Shown in pieces: positions 19,801 to 28,350 of a DNA stretch of 37,498 nucleotides. Positions within the stretch are counted from its first letter, which is position 1. The number at the start of each line of letters is the position of its first letter. A program made the translations under genes and the position numbers. The notes under the pieces were generated by a model. The model was not told where the DNA came from, did not search any database, and saw only the letters and a program-made list of their open reading frames with translations. Source of the DNA: Chloroflexota bacterium (GTDB taxonomy: Bacteria; Chloroflexota; Dehalococcoidia; SM23-28-2; RBG-16-64-32); contig JADFKX010000003.1 of the NCBI GenBank assembly GCA_022564695.1, forward strand, positions 1-37,498, read 5' to 3'.

Positions 19801-20691
19801 TTACGGCTGTGCAGGGGCGATGGTCGCGGGTTCGATCTCGAAGCTGAGTTCATCGCCGTCCGGTAGCTGCACCACTAGGCGCAGGGGGAGATCGCTGTTT
19901 GAGGCGGCATCAGAGAGCTGAACGGCCCACATGACGAACAGCGTATCCGCAGAAGCGAGCAGTGAGACGGACAGGCTTTTCTCATCGGTACAGGGGGATG
20001 ACGGCAGCAGGGCGCCGATAGCGATGAACGAGCCGCCCCAGAGGCTGAGCGAGCCGGCGGTTCCGTCGTCGGCATCGGTGCCCTGGTCGTCCGGGATTTG
20101 GACCGCGCTATCGGCGGTGGCGCTAACGGGCCCGCCGGAGGCGAGGGCGGGCTCGCTGCCGGTGTCGTGGTCGTAGGCCGTGAGGAGGTCGAACCCTTCG
20201 CAGGTGTAGCGGATGGTGAGCAGGTAGGCATCGCCCGGTAAGGCGTTATCGATTCGCAGGAGGAGGGGGATCGCTACACCCTCATGGTAGGCCGCGGCCT
20301 GCGGCAGCGCGTCGAACTGCCACTGGCCTTCATCGAAGACGGCCAGGCGGTAGAGGGGTGCGCTGAAGGTGGGGGTTGGCGTTGGTGTGGGCGTAGGTGT
20401 TGCCGTTTGGGTGGGCGTAGGTGTTTCCATCGGTGTTGCCGACGGAGTTGGCGACGACACGACTGGGGTCGAAAGCACAGGGGTAGGTGTGTCGGCGGCG
20501 CCGGTTGGCGAGTTGTCGTCCGAGTCAGACAGCCAGATGGCGAGAAGGGCGAGGGCGATGAGCAGGACGAGGAGTCCGGCTCCGGCAAGAGGCAGGAGGG
20601 GCGGTCCCGGCCGAGGGCGAGGCGGGGTTGAAGGCGGGCGCGACCAGTTCCAGCCGGACCCGCTGGAGCCGCGGCGACCGACGACGTTCAA
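19801..20691 (-). CDS. hypothetical membrane-anchored protein with Pro/Thr linker and extracytoplasmic domain
   Basis: one transmembrane helix, TPTPTPTP linker, acidic C-terminal domain with 2 Cys; start uncertain. Confidence 0.7.
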   Translation of the reverse strand: MNVVGRRGSSGSGWNWSRPPSTPPRPRPGPPLLPLAGAGLLVLLIALALLAIWLSDSDDNSPTGAADTPTPVLSTPVVSSPTPSATPMETPTPTQTATPTPTPTPTPTFSAPLYRLAVFDEGQWQFDALPQAAAYHEGVAIPLLLRIDNALPGDAYLLTIRYTCEGFDLLTAYDHDTGSEPALASGGPVSATADSAVQIPDDQGTDADDGTAGSLSLWGGSFIAIGALLPSSPCTDEKSLSVSLLASADTLFVMWAVQLSDAASNSDLPLRLVVQLPDGDELSFEIEPATIAPAQP

Positions 20692-20732
20692 GATAGGACT
20701 CCAGAGAGAAAGGCGGGGTAGGTAGCGTAGAA

Positions 20733-20762
20733 ATTATGGGCGCGTGGGCGAGTTATTGTCAA
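20733..20762 (-). promoter_or_regulatory. sigma70-type promoter
   Basis: minus strand TTGACA-18 nt-CATAAT. Confidence 0.6.
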
Positions 20763-20806
20763 GTAATGACTGTCGTGAACAGATGCCCGGAACGGAGTGC
20801 GACCGT

Positions 20807-21172
20807 CTAGTTTGATACGGCGCCAGTTGTCGGGGGCCCAGTCACATATTCAATACTGACTTCTACCCAGTACCGTAGAGTTTCAATATCATTTATCATC
20901 GCTTCCGGCAAAACGACATAATCCTTCTTGACAGGCCCTTTAGGGAAATATCGAAGCTGCTTTGTACCGTTGTGTCTCATCAGAGCGTTTCGTGATTCTT
21001 CTGGCAATTTTACCGCGAAGCCGACGGGGGTTAGCGTTATGCAGATCCTTCCGTTCGCATAAACGGCAGCTCCGCTAAAGAAATGCTTGCATTCCAGATC
21101 AACATTCTTGAACTTATCGGCCGTTGCGCGGCTCATTAGTTCAGACAACTTCTCTACGTACTCTTTAGCCAT
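20807..21172 (-). CDS. TfoX/Sxy N-terminal-domain family protein
   Basis: KHFFSGAAVYANGRI...KDYVVLP...WVEVS pattern; visibly AT-richer than its neighbours. Confidence 0.75.
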   Translation of the reverse strand: MAKEYVEKLSELMSRATADKFKNVDLECKHFFSGAAVYANGRICITLTPVGFAVKLPEESRNALMRHNGTKQLRYFPKGPVKKDYVVLPEAMINDIETLRYWVEVSIEYVTGPPTTGAVSN

Positions 21173-21190
21173 TGAGTGGTATCCCAGCGC

Positions 21191-22102
21191 CTAACGTATG
21201 TCGGCCTCCCGCGCCCAGACGTCAATCTTGCGCCGAAGGCGCTCGATGTCTTCCTGGGTGCCCCACACGTGGGGCCGATCGATGGCGCCCTCTGTCTCGG
21301 CCAGGAAGGTGGCGCCGGCCCAGGCCCTGAGCGGGTGGTAGTCGGGCATGGGGCCGGCCACTTCCTCGTAGCCGGAGCGCCAGGCTCGCAGGATCAGGCT
21401 TCGGGCAAGGTTAAAAAGGGCGCTGAGCGGACCCGGTGGCACCGGCGCCGCCAGGAGCGTAATTTCGGTGCGGGCCAGGTCGGCGCGGGGATCGCCGGCG
21501 GCGGCCCCAGACCAGTCAAGGATACCGGTGACGGTGGCGCCGTTGCTGACTACGTTCAGCGGGTGATAGTCCATGTGGATGAGGGAGGATGTGGATAGCC
21601 CCAAGGAGAGGGCATGAGCGGCAAGATCGGCGTACTCCTCGGTGACCCGCGACACCCAGTCATTCGGTGCGCCGGTGACGAACTCGTCGGGAGGCGTGAC
21701 GGCGTGCAGCTTCGCCTGCGTCCGTCCGAACAGGCGGCCCAGACGCCACAGCGTCCACGGCTTCTTCTCCATGAAGGCCAAGATGGGGATGCCCGGGCAC
21801 CAGGAGAGCACCATGGCCGGCAGCTCCTGAATCTCGCCGATCTTCTCGATGCGCGGGGCCGCCAGTCCGGCGGTGGCGCACGTCTCCAGCGCGAGACGCT
21901 CCCGCAAGGCGATCTCGTTTCGGCCGGGCAGGCAGAACACTCTCAGTGAGTGGTTGCGACCGTCCGGCGTGCCGAAGCGCCAGAGGAGCGTGTCCCAGCC
22001 GCCCTTCACCCGCCGCGGCTCCGAGATATCGGCGAAGCCGAGACCTGCCAGGGCCTCTCGCGGGTTTATCTGGGCCTCGATGTTCGTCAGGTCTGCGCTC
22101 AT
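21191..22102 (-). CDS. aminoglycoside phosphotransferase (APH) family kinase
   Basis: LIHMDYHPLNV, ILDWS, GDPRADLA. Confidence 0.9.
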   Translation of the reverse strand: MSADLTNIEAQINPREALAGLGFADISEPRRVKGGWDTLLWRFGTPDGRNHSLRVFCLPGRNEIALRERLALETCATAGLAAPRIEKIGEIQELPAMVLSWCPGIPILAFMEKKPWTLWRLGRLFGRTQAKLHAVTPPDEFVTGAPNDWVSRVTEEYADLAAHALSLGLSTSSLIHMDYHPLNVVSNGATVTGILDWSGAAAGDPRADLARTEITLLAAPVPPGPLSALFNLARSLILRAWRSGYEEVAGPMPDYHPLRAWAGATFLAETEGAIDRPHVWGTQEDIERLRRKIDVWAREADIR

Positions 22103-22111
22103 CGCAGTGGT

Positions 22112-23008
22112 CTAAGGTGAAACGGCCCGAATGAACTTGAGGATGTGCTTGGCGACGGTGGACGGGTCCTCTATCAGGAGGAAGTGCCCGAGCCCGGACA
22201 GCTCGATGTAGTGCGCCTGCGGGAGCTCCTTGCTCAGGGCCCGACCCATCTCCACGTTCGCCACGGGATCGCCGTCCGCCCACACGAGCTGTATCGGCGT
22301 CTCGGTTCGCTTCAGCGCGCCCAGCCAGCGCTCCCTGTGGATGTAGCGCTCACGCATATAGGAAGCGAGGGCTGGGATGCGCCGGTTGCCGTCCTGGTAG
22401 AGCAGGAGCTCTTCCATCACCTTGGCGTCTTCCTCGCTCATCGCCTCAGGGCGTTTCATCAACGCTTTTAGCCCCTCGATGTAGATTGCGCTGACGTTCT
22501 CGCAGACGGCGATGGCCTGGGGGAGGGTCTCGTTTGACGCGAGGAGGCGCTGGAACTGAGTGACGGTGGCCTTGTCCTGCAGCGTGCTGCCGTTAAGGAT
22601 AGTGGACGAGGTGATGTGGAAGGCGAGACGCTCCTCCTGCTCGCGGGCCAGCAGCTCCGCGTGGACAGTCTGGCCCACGTCGTGGCTTACCACGTGCGCC
22701 TCATTGATCCCCAAAGCTTGCGCTAATCCCTCGAGGGAGTCCGTCTGCTGGAACAGGGAGTAGCTGTAGGCGAGGGGCTTGTCGGAGAGGCCGTAGCCCG
22801 GGAAGTCGAAGGCGACGCAGCGAAAATCGGCGGAGAGGACGTCTACAACCCCGCGCCAGTCGTAGCAGGAGGTTGGGAAGCCGTGCAGGAGGAGGATCGC
22901 CGGCCCTTCGCCCCGCTCATAGACGAACAGACGCCGGCCGTCCACCTCAACGCGTCGCCCCTCGCCGAGCCAGCGTCGCGTAGGCGGTGAGAATTCGGAT
23001 TCGTCCAC
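22112..23008 (-). CDS. alpha/beta hydrolase (MEST-like)
   Basis: LLHGFPTS, DFPGYGLSDKP, SHDVG, GHF; GTG 23008 after AGAGGAG. Confidence 0.9.
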   Translation of the reverse strand: MDESEFSPPTRRWLGEGRRVEVDGRRLFVYERGEGPAILLLHGFPTSCYDWRGVVDVLSADFRCVAFDFPGYGLSDKPLAYSYSLFQQTDSLEGLAQALGINEAHVVSHDVGQTVHAELLAREQEERLAFHITSSTILNGSTLQDKATVTQFQRLLASNETLPQAIAVCENVSAIYIEGLKALMKRPEAMSEEDAKVMEELLLYQDGNRRIPALASYMRERYIHRERWLGALKRTETPIQLVWADGDPVANVEMGRALSKELPQAHYIELSGLGHFLLIEDPSTVAKHILKFIRAVSP

Positions 23009-23069
23009 AGTTACTCCTCTCTTGCGGCGGCCGCTAGTCAAAGGGAGGCGTGTCAGGATCGTAAGCCCG

Positions 23070-24323
23070 TCAGGCGCGGGCGGCTATCGTCTCTCCGATC
23101 TCGGTTAGGGCGCCGTCCATGGCGTCCAGCACTTCGTCCACCTCGTTCGCCTGGATGATCAGCGGCGGCATGAGCTGGAGGATGTTGGGGTTGTAGTGGG
23201 CGTAGACAGCGATAACGCCTCGCTTGGCGAGGGCGCGCATCGCCAACATGCCGCACTCTTCGCGGGACATGACCACGCCGATCATCAACCCGCGGCGGTT
23301 CAACCCCTTGAGCATATCGGGGTGCTTCTCCCTTAGGGCCGCGAAGCCATCTTCGAAGCGCTGGCCCATCGCCTGTACGTGCTCCGAGAAGCCGGGCTCT
23401 GTGATCTGGTCCAGCATCGCCAGGGCGGTGACGCAGCCCAGCTCCGAGCCGCCCGTGGAGGAGAGGTGCGCGAAGGCGTTGTCGTCGAAGAAGGACTGGA
23501 TGGGCTTGCGGTAGGTGGCGGTGGATAGCGGGTAGATGGCCGCGCTCATCCCTTTGCCGCAGACCATGATGTCCGGGAGTATGTCCCATTCTTCGTAGGC
23601 CCAGAGTCGCCCCGTGCGTCCCAGGCCAGCCTGCACCTCGTCCAGGATAAGGATGACGCCCCGCTCGTCGCACAGGCTGCGGACGCGCGGATACCAGTCG
23701 TCGGGGGGGATGGGGAAGCCGGCGGTGGCGGGGATCGTCTCCATGATGACGGCGGCGACATCGTCGGTGACGGCCGCCTCCAGCGCGTTGTAGTCACCGA
23801 AGGGGACGCGGCGGAAGCCGGGGGCCAGGGGTCCCCACTTGTCGCCGAACTCGTCGGTGGCGGCCAGGGCGAGGCCGGTATGGCCGTGGTATCCTTTTTC
23901 GGCGGAGACGACGCCGGGCTTGCCGGTATGGCCGCGGGCGAGCTTCAGGGCGAAGTCGATCGCCTCGCCGCCGGAGGAGCCGAAGGTAGTGTACTGGAGG
24001 TCGCCCGGTGTGAGCTCGGCAAGACGCTTGGCCAGGAGGCCGCGATAGCCGCTGGCCAGCATGTGGTCACTTATATCGATCTCGTCCAGGGCGTTCTTCA
24101 GGGCGGCGATTACGCGCGGCGGCCGGTGGCCCAGGTTGAACACGCCGCCGGCGCTGCGGCAGTCGATCCAGGAGCGCTTGCCGTCGTAGTCCCACACGCG
24201 GACGCCTTCGCGGCGGCCGGGGATGAAGTCCACGCCCCACATGCGGTACATCTTCACCTTCTGAGGCGATACGTAGTCGGCAAAGTATTCCAGGAGCTGT
24301 TCCTGGGACGGCTGTTCGGTCAT
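23070..24323 (-). CDS. class III PLP aminotransferase (putrescine/acetylornithine type)
   Basis: SGGEAID, GYHGHT, DEVQAGLGRTG, GKGMS; ATG 24323 after GAGAGG. Confidence 0.92.
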   Translation of the reverse strand: MTEQPSQEQLLEYFADYVSPQKVKMYRMWGVDFIPGRREGVRVWDYDGKRSWIDCRSAGGVFNLGHRPPRVIAALKNALDEIDISDHMLASGYRGLLAKRLAELTPGDLQYTTFGSSGGEAIDFALKLARGHTGKPGVVSAEKGYHGHTGLALAATDEFGDKWGPLAPGFRRVPFGDYNALEAAVTDDVAAVIMETIPATAGFPIPPDDWYPRVRSLCDERGVILILDEVQAGLGRTGRLWAYEEWDILPDIMVCGKGMSAAIYPLSTATYRKPIQSFFDDNAFAHLSSTGGSELGCVTALAMLDQITEPGFSEHVQAMGQRFEDGFAALREKHPDMLKGLNRRGLMIGVVMSREECGMLAMRALAKRGVIAVYAHYNPNILQLMPPLIIQANEVDEVLDAMDGALTEIGETIAARA

Positions 24324-24557
24324 GGGGCACCTCTCTCCGTGATAAGTCAGTGGCCTCGGGGCCAAGAGACCAGATTTGGTGGCCGCTGTCAACCGAGGGC
24401 GGAGGCGGCTGTAGCGCTGGTTGGGGTGCGTCCAAAGATGAGGATGATCGCCGCCTTCACTAATCGTTAACCTTGGTTCAGTTTGGGCCCGTAACACGGG
24501 GTTGGCTACCGAGTCTCTGATGGTGAATCTATTCCGTTTAGTTTAAGGGGGAGGCGC

Positions 24558-25517
24558 ATGTCCGGAAACGGCCACCGCCAGACATACAACATCGAGGGCT
24601 TCGAGGAGCGGGCGCGCACGTCTACCCGGCGTGTGGATAGAAGCGGCACAGCGCCGCACAGGTTCGGCAAGTGGCTCTGGGTAGCCGGAGCCGTCATCAT
24701 CGTCGCCTCCATAACGGTGCTACTGATGGGCCAGGAGCCCACCTTGTTCAACTATCTGTCCACGTCTGCGCTTCTCGGCTCCATGGGGCTCCTGGCGTTA
24801 GTCTCGGCGTCTCGCGCCCTCAACGTCGGCGCACGCTACGAGGAGACGATACTCCAAGTGGAGGAGGTAGAGCGTAGCTACCACTCTCTGCGCCAGGTCG
24901 TTACCTCGGCGATGGATCTGCGCGATAACGTGACCGGCGGCCACTCTGACCGGGTCGTGCATCTGTCTTTGGAGCTGGGACGGGGTTTGGGCTTGACGGA
25001 AGACCGTCTCCAGCAGTTGGAGTGGGCTGCTTTCCTGCACGACATCGGCAAGATCCACGTCCATGAGGAGATACTCACCAAGCCCGGACCACTGGATGCC
25101 AGCGAGTGGGGCGAGATGCGGCAGCACGCGTTCTTCAGCTATTCAATATTGACGCAGGTTGACGAGCTGAGCGAGATAGCGGAGATAGTGTACTGTCATC
25201 ATGAGCGGTACGACGGTAAGGGGTATCCACGTTGTCTGCGGGGCGCCGAGATACCCCTGGCGGCGCGCATTTTCTCGGTGGCCGACGCATACGACGCCAT
25301 GGTGTCGCAGCGACCCTATCGCGAGCCTCTGAGCCACGAGTGCGCCGTGCGCGAGATCATCAGCAACGCCGGGACCCAGTTCGATCCGCAGATGGTGGCC
25401 GCGTTCGCCCGGTGGGCGATCTCGACCGGTGACGATGGCATTGGACGCATGGTGGAGGATGAGATGGAGCGGCTGCCCGCCGGCCTGCCGCAGCTTGACC
25501 GTGCCAACTGGGCCTAG
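24558..25517 (+). CDS. membrane-bound HD-GYP phosphodiesterase
   Basis: two transmembrane helices, GHSDRV, LHDIGK, HHERYDGKGYP, ADAYDAM, QFDP. Confidence 0.92.
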   Translation: MSGNGHRQTYNIEGFEERARTSTRRVDRSGTAPHRFGKWLWVAGAVIIVASITVLLMGQEPTLFNYLSTSALLGSMGLLALVSASRALNVGARYEETILQVEEVERSYHSLRQVVTSAMDLRDNVTGGHSDRVVHLSLELGRGLGLTEDRLQQLEWAAFLHDIGKIHVHEEILTKPGPLDASEWGEMRQHAFFSYSILTQVDELSEIAEIVYCHHERYDGKGYPRCLRGAEIPLAARIFSVADAYDAMVSQRPYREPLSHECAVREIISNAGTQFDPQMVAAFARWAISTGDDGIGRMVEDEMERLPAGLPQLDRANWA

Positions 25518-25571
25518 GCGTAACGGAGTCCTGACGACGGCCAGCCTCAGGCGGGTCGTTATCCATTTAGC

Positions 25572-25589
25572 GGATGCTACAATGCATCC
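25572..25589 (+). promoter_or_regulatory. extended -10 embedded in an inverted repeat
   Basis: GGATGC-TACAAT-GCATCC; the -10 hexamer ends 9 nt before ATG 25593. Confidence 0.5.
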
Positions 25590-25592
25590 CGC

Positions 25593-26399
25593 ATGATCAC
25601 TGACGTCCACCATGTGGGGATTGCCGTCCGCGATATGGAGGCGGCGCTGCGCTTCTACGCGGAGGCGCTGGGCCTGCCCCTGGTCAAGCGGGGCGAGGCC
25701 CCGGCACGGGGGGCGCGGGTAGCGCTGCTGGCTGTCGGCGGCAGCTACCTGGAGCTGGTGGAGCCGACGAGGGACGACTCGCCGTTCGCTGAGCATATCG
25801 CAGAGCGGGGTGAGGGGTTGCACCACGTTGCCCTGGGTACGGACGATGTGGATGCGCTGGTGGCCGAACTGCGGGCGAAGGACGTGCCGCTACAGGACGC
25901 GGAGCCGCGCGAGGGGTTCACGGGTCGCCTGAGCTACCTGGCGCCAGAGGCGATGGACGGGGCGTTGCTGGAGGTGGTGCAACCGCCGCGTGAGCTATTC
26001 GGCGGCAGCGCCGGCGATTGTCCGGTATCACGGATAGACCATGTGGTGTTGCATCTCCCGAATGTGGAGGGGGCGTGCGGGCGCATGCGCGAGTACTTTG
26101 GCGTGGAGACGAAGCGCACGTTCGAGCGGGGCGAGATGCGGTTCAGCTTCCTGCGCCCCGGCGACGTGATAATGGAGCTGATCGGGCCAAAGAAGCCGCC
26201 GTCCGAGGCGCGGCCCGGGTCCATCGCCGGGCTGGCGTTCGAAGTTACGGATATCGAAGCGCTGACAGCAGACCTCAAGGAGCGGGGGCTGCCGGTGGGG
26301 GAGCCGCACGCGGCGCTCCAGGGAGGGCGTATCGTGAGCGTCAACGCCAGCGGGGCCTGCGGCGTGCCGGTGGCGTTCATCGACTTTTCGGATGGATAG
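25593..26399 (+). CDS. two-domain VOC/glyoxalase protein, methylmalonyl-CoA epimerase-like
   Basis: HHVGIAV, LELVEP, GEGLHHVAL, LLEVVQ; second domain IDHVV...MELI. Confidence 0.85.
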   Translation: MITDVHHVGIAVRDMEAALRFYAEALGLPLVKRGEAPARGARVALLAVGGSYLELVEPTRDDSPFAEHIAERGEGLHHVALGTDDVDALVAELRAKDVPLQDAEPREGFTGRLSYLAPEAMDGALLEVVQPPRELFGGSAGDCPVSRIDHVVLHLPNVEGACGRMREYFGVETKRTFERGEMRFSFLRPGDVIMELIGPKKPPSEARPGSIAGLAFEVTDIEALTADLKERGLPVGEPHAALQGGRIVSVNASGACGVPVAFIDFSDG

Positions 26400-26636
26400 G
26401 CCACTGAGTTCGCCCTTCTAGTGCAGTGCAGTTGTACGGTCGTACCCCGCGCCGCAGGTAGCACAGCATAGATCGAGATCATGGCAAAAGGGGGTGCCTG
26501 CGGTCGTTTCCCGTGCTTGATTGTTGGCAGGGGGGCTGATATGATTTAGGTAGATTGAGGCACAATAACGATAACCTTCGTCCGTTAAGTGCGCCGTTCT
26601 CTTGTAAGTAGACACAGATTGACAACGAGGTAAAGA

Positions 26637-26840
26637 TTGTCTGTTTTCTCACTATATGTTGATCCAACGGCTGCGGGCCTGGGCCTCCAGATGTTGCTTG
26701 GTGGGGTTGTCGGTGGTCTAGTGACGATTAAGCTTTTCTGGGGACGTGTTTTCTCGATGTTCCGCAGGACCGAGGAAGAGACGGAAGACACTTCGGCTGG
26801 CGGCGAGGAGCCGAGCGAAGCGATGGAAGAAGAGGCCTAG
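26637..26840 (+). CDS. small membrane protein of the Y[IV]DP-x6-Q type
   Basis: YVDPTAAGLGLQMLLGGVVGGLVTIKLFW plus acidic tail; GAGGT SD before TTG. Confidence 0.75.
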   Translation: MSVFSLYVDPTAAGLGLQMLLGGVVGGLVTIKLFWGRVFSMFRRTEEETEDTSAGGEEPSEAMEEEA

Positions 26841-26946
26841 CCGTTCTGACAGACGGCTGGAACTGGGCCCCGCCCCGGCCAAGGCACGATTCCGAACAAG
26901 CGCTACGCCTGGTTACGGCGTTTGGGCTAAGCGCGGGCTAAAACGA

Positions 26947-28347
26947 ATGGTACATCGGGACCCAGGGTCCTTTCGGGACCCCGCAGGAGGGGTCTTGCTG
27001 GGCGACCGTCGAGTATACCGCTATTTCACCGGCCAGCACGCGACGGAGTTCACGGCCTTGCTTGAGACTGGGCTCCTGGACTCGTTTGTGAAGAGCGGCG
27101 CGGTGATAGGGACCAAGCCCATCGCGATCGAGGAGGCTGCTGAGCTATATCGCGCGGCCCCCGACATAGGCTTGGTAGTTGAGCACCCGCGGATACCGTT
27201 CATCTCCTACGTATACGAGTGGCCGTTTGAGATGCTAAAGGCGGCGGCGATCCGCTCTCTGGAGATCCTGCAAACGTCCTTAGACAAGGGTTTCATCCTG
27301 AAGGACGCAACGCCTTACAACATCCAGTTTGTGGGGCTCAACCCTCTGCTGATCGACGTGGGATCCTTCGAGCGGTACGAGGAAGGGATACCCTGGATGG
27401 GCTATTCCCAGTTCTGCCACACCTTTCTTAATCCGTTACTTCTCCAGTCCATCACCGGCGTCCCGTTTCAGATGTGGATGCGCAGCTCTCTGGAGGGGAT
27501 AGACCCAGTCCACCTCAACAGTCTAATCCCCCTTAGACACAAGCTGCGGAAGAACGTCTTTATCGACGTCGTCCTCCAGGCGTGGTTCAGTCGGAGGTAT
27601 GTATCGCGGCGCAGTGATGCGCCGAAGCTTCGAGAACGATCCATTCCAAAGGGTGTCATCACGGGGCTTGTTAATCGGCTGACGAAGAGCGTGTCGGGGC
27701 TGAAACGGCGAGGTAAGGCTCATTCTACCTGGCTGGACTACGAGGAGCAGTGTCACTATGAGCCGGAAGCGCTGCAGTTCAAGGATCGCTTCGTAGAGGA
27801 AGCGCTGGCGAAGGCGAGGCCACGGATGGTCTGGGACTTGGGCTGCAATGTGGGGCGCTACAGCGTGATGGCTTCGCGCTGCGCTGATTACGTGGTAGCC
27901 ATGGACAGCGACGAGGCGACGGTTGGCGCCCTATACGAGCGGATAAGGGGCCAGCAGACTAACGTCTTGCCCCTGACGGTCGACCTGATGAACCCCTCGC
28001 CCGGCCAGGGCTGGGCTCAGGAGGAGAGGCGGGGTCTGGGAGAACGCGGCGCCGCCGATTTCGTCCTCTGTCTCGCCCTGGTGCACCATCTGGCGATCAG
28101 CGGCAACGTTCCCCTGAGTAAGATCGTAGAGTGGCTCTCTACCATCACGGAGGCGGGCGTTGTGGAGTTCGTGCCGAAGAGCGACCCGATGGTGCAAGCG
28201 CTGCTGCGCACCCGTCAGGATGTGTACAGCGGCTATACGCAGGACGCCTTCGAGGAAGCTCTCAGAGAGCAGTTTGAGATAACTGATGTGGCTTGCCTGC
28301 CCAAGTCAGAGCGAGTTCTCTACCAGTTTTGCCATAAGCAGCGTTAG
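26947..28347 (+). CDS. NoeA-like protein: kinase-like N-domain plus class I SAM methyltransferase
   Basis: SFRDP, ISYVYEW, LKDATPYNIQF, IDVGSF; WDLGCNVG, LALVHHL, EFVPKSDPMV. Confidence 0.85.
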   Translation: MVHRDPGSFRDPAGGVLLGDRRVYRYFTGQHATEFTALLETGLLDSFVKSGAVIGTKPIAIEEAAELYRAAPDIGLVVEHPRIPFISYVYEWPFEMLKAAAIRSLEILQTSLDKGFILKDATPYNIQFVGLNPLLIDVGSFERYEEGIPWMGYSQFCHTFLNPLLLQSITGVPFQMWMRSSLEGIDPVHLNSLIPLRHKLRKNVFIDVVLQAWFSRRYVSRRSDAPKLRERSIPKGVITGLVNRLTKSVSGLKRRGKAHSTWLDYEEQCHYEPEALQFKDRFVEEALAKARPRMVWDLGCNVGRYSVMASRCADYVVAMDSDEATVGALYERIRGQQTNVLPLTVDLMNPSPGQGWAQEERRGLGERGAADFVLCLALVHHLAISGNVPLSKIVEWLSTITEAGVVEFVPKSDPMVQALLRTRQDVYSGYTQDAFEEALREQFEITDVACLPKSERVLYQFCHKQR

Positions 28348-28350
28348 CTC

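Noticed and set aside
20369-20430. Tandem DNA repeat
   Set aside because: A degenerate codon run encoding a Pro/Thr linker
20763-20830. attC site after the TfoX gene
   Set aside because: No RYYYAAC...GTTRRRY pair with a convincing stem was found
21191-22102. Aminoglycoside resistance gene
   Set aside because: Only generic APH/choline-kinase-fold motifs; no specific similarity or mobile context supports a resistance function
24324-24557. c-di-GMP riboswitch upstream of HD-GYP
   Set aside because: No GEMM-type motifs (GGCAAAC...GAAA...GACGCAAAG) visible; it looks like an ordinary divergent promoter region
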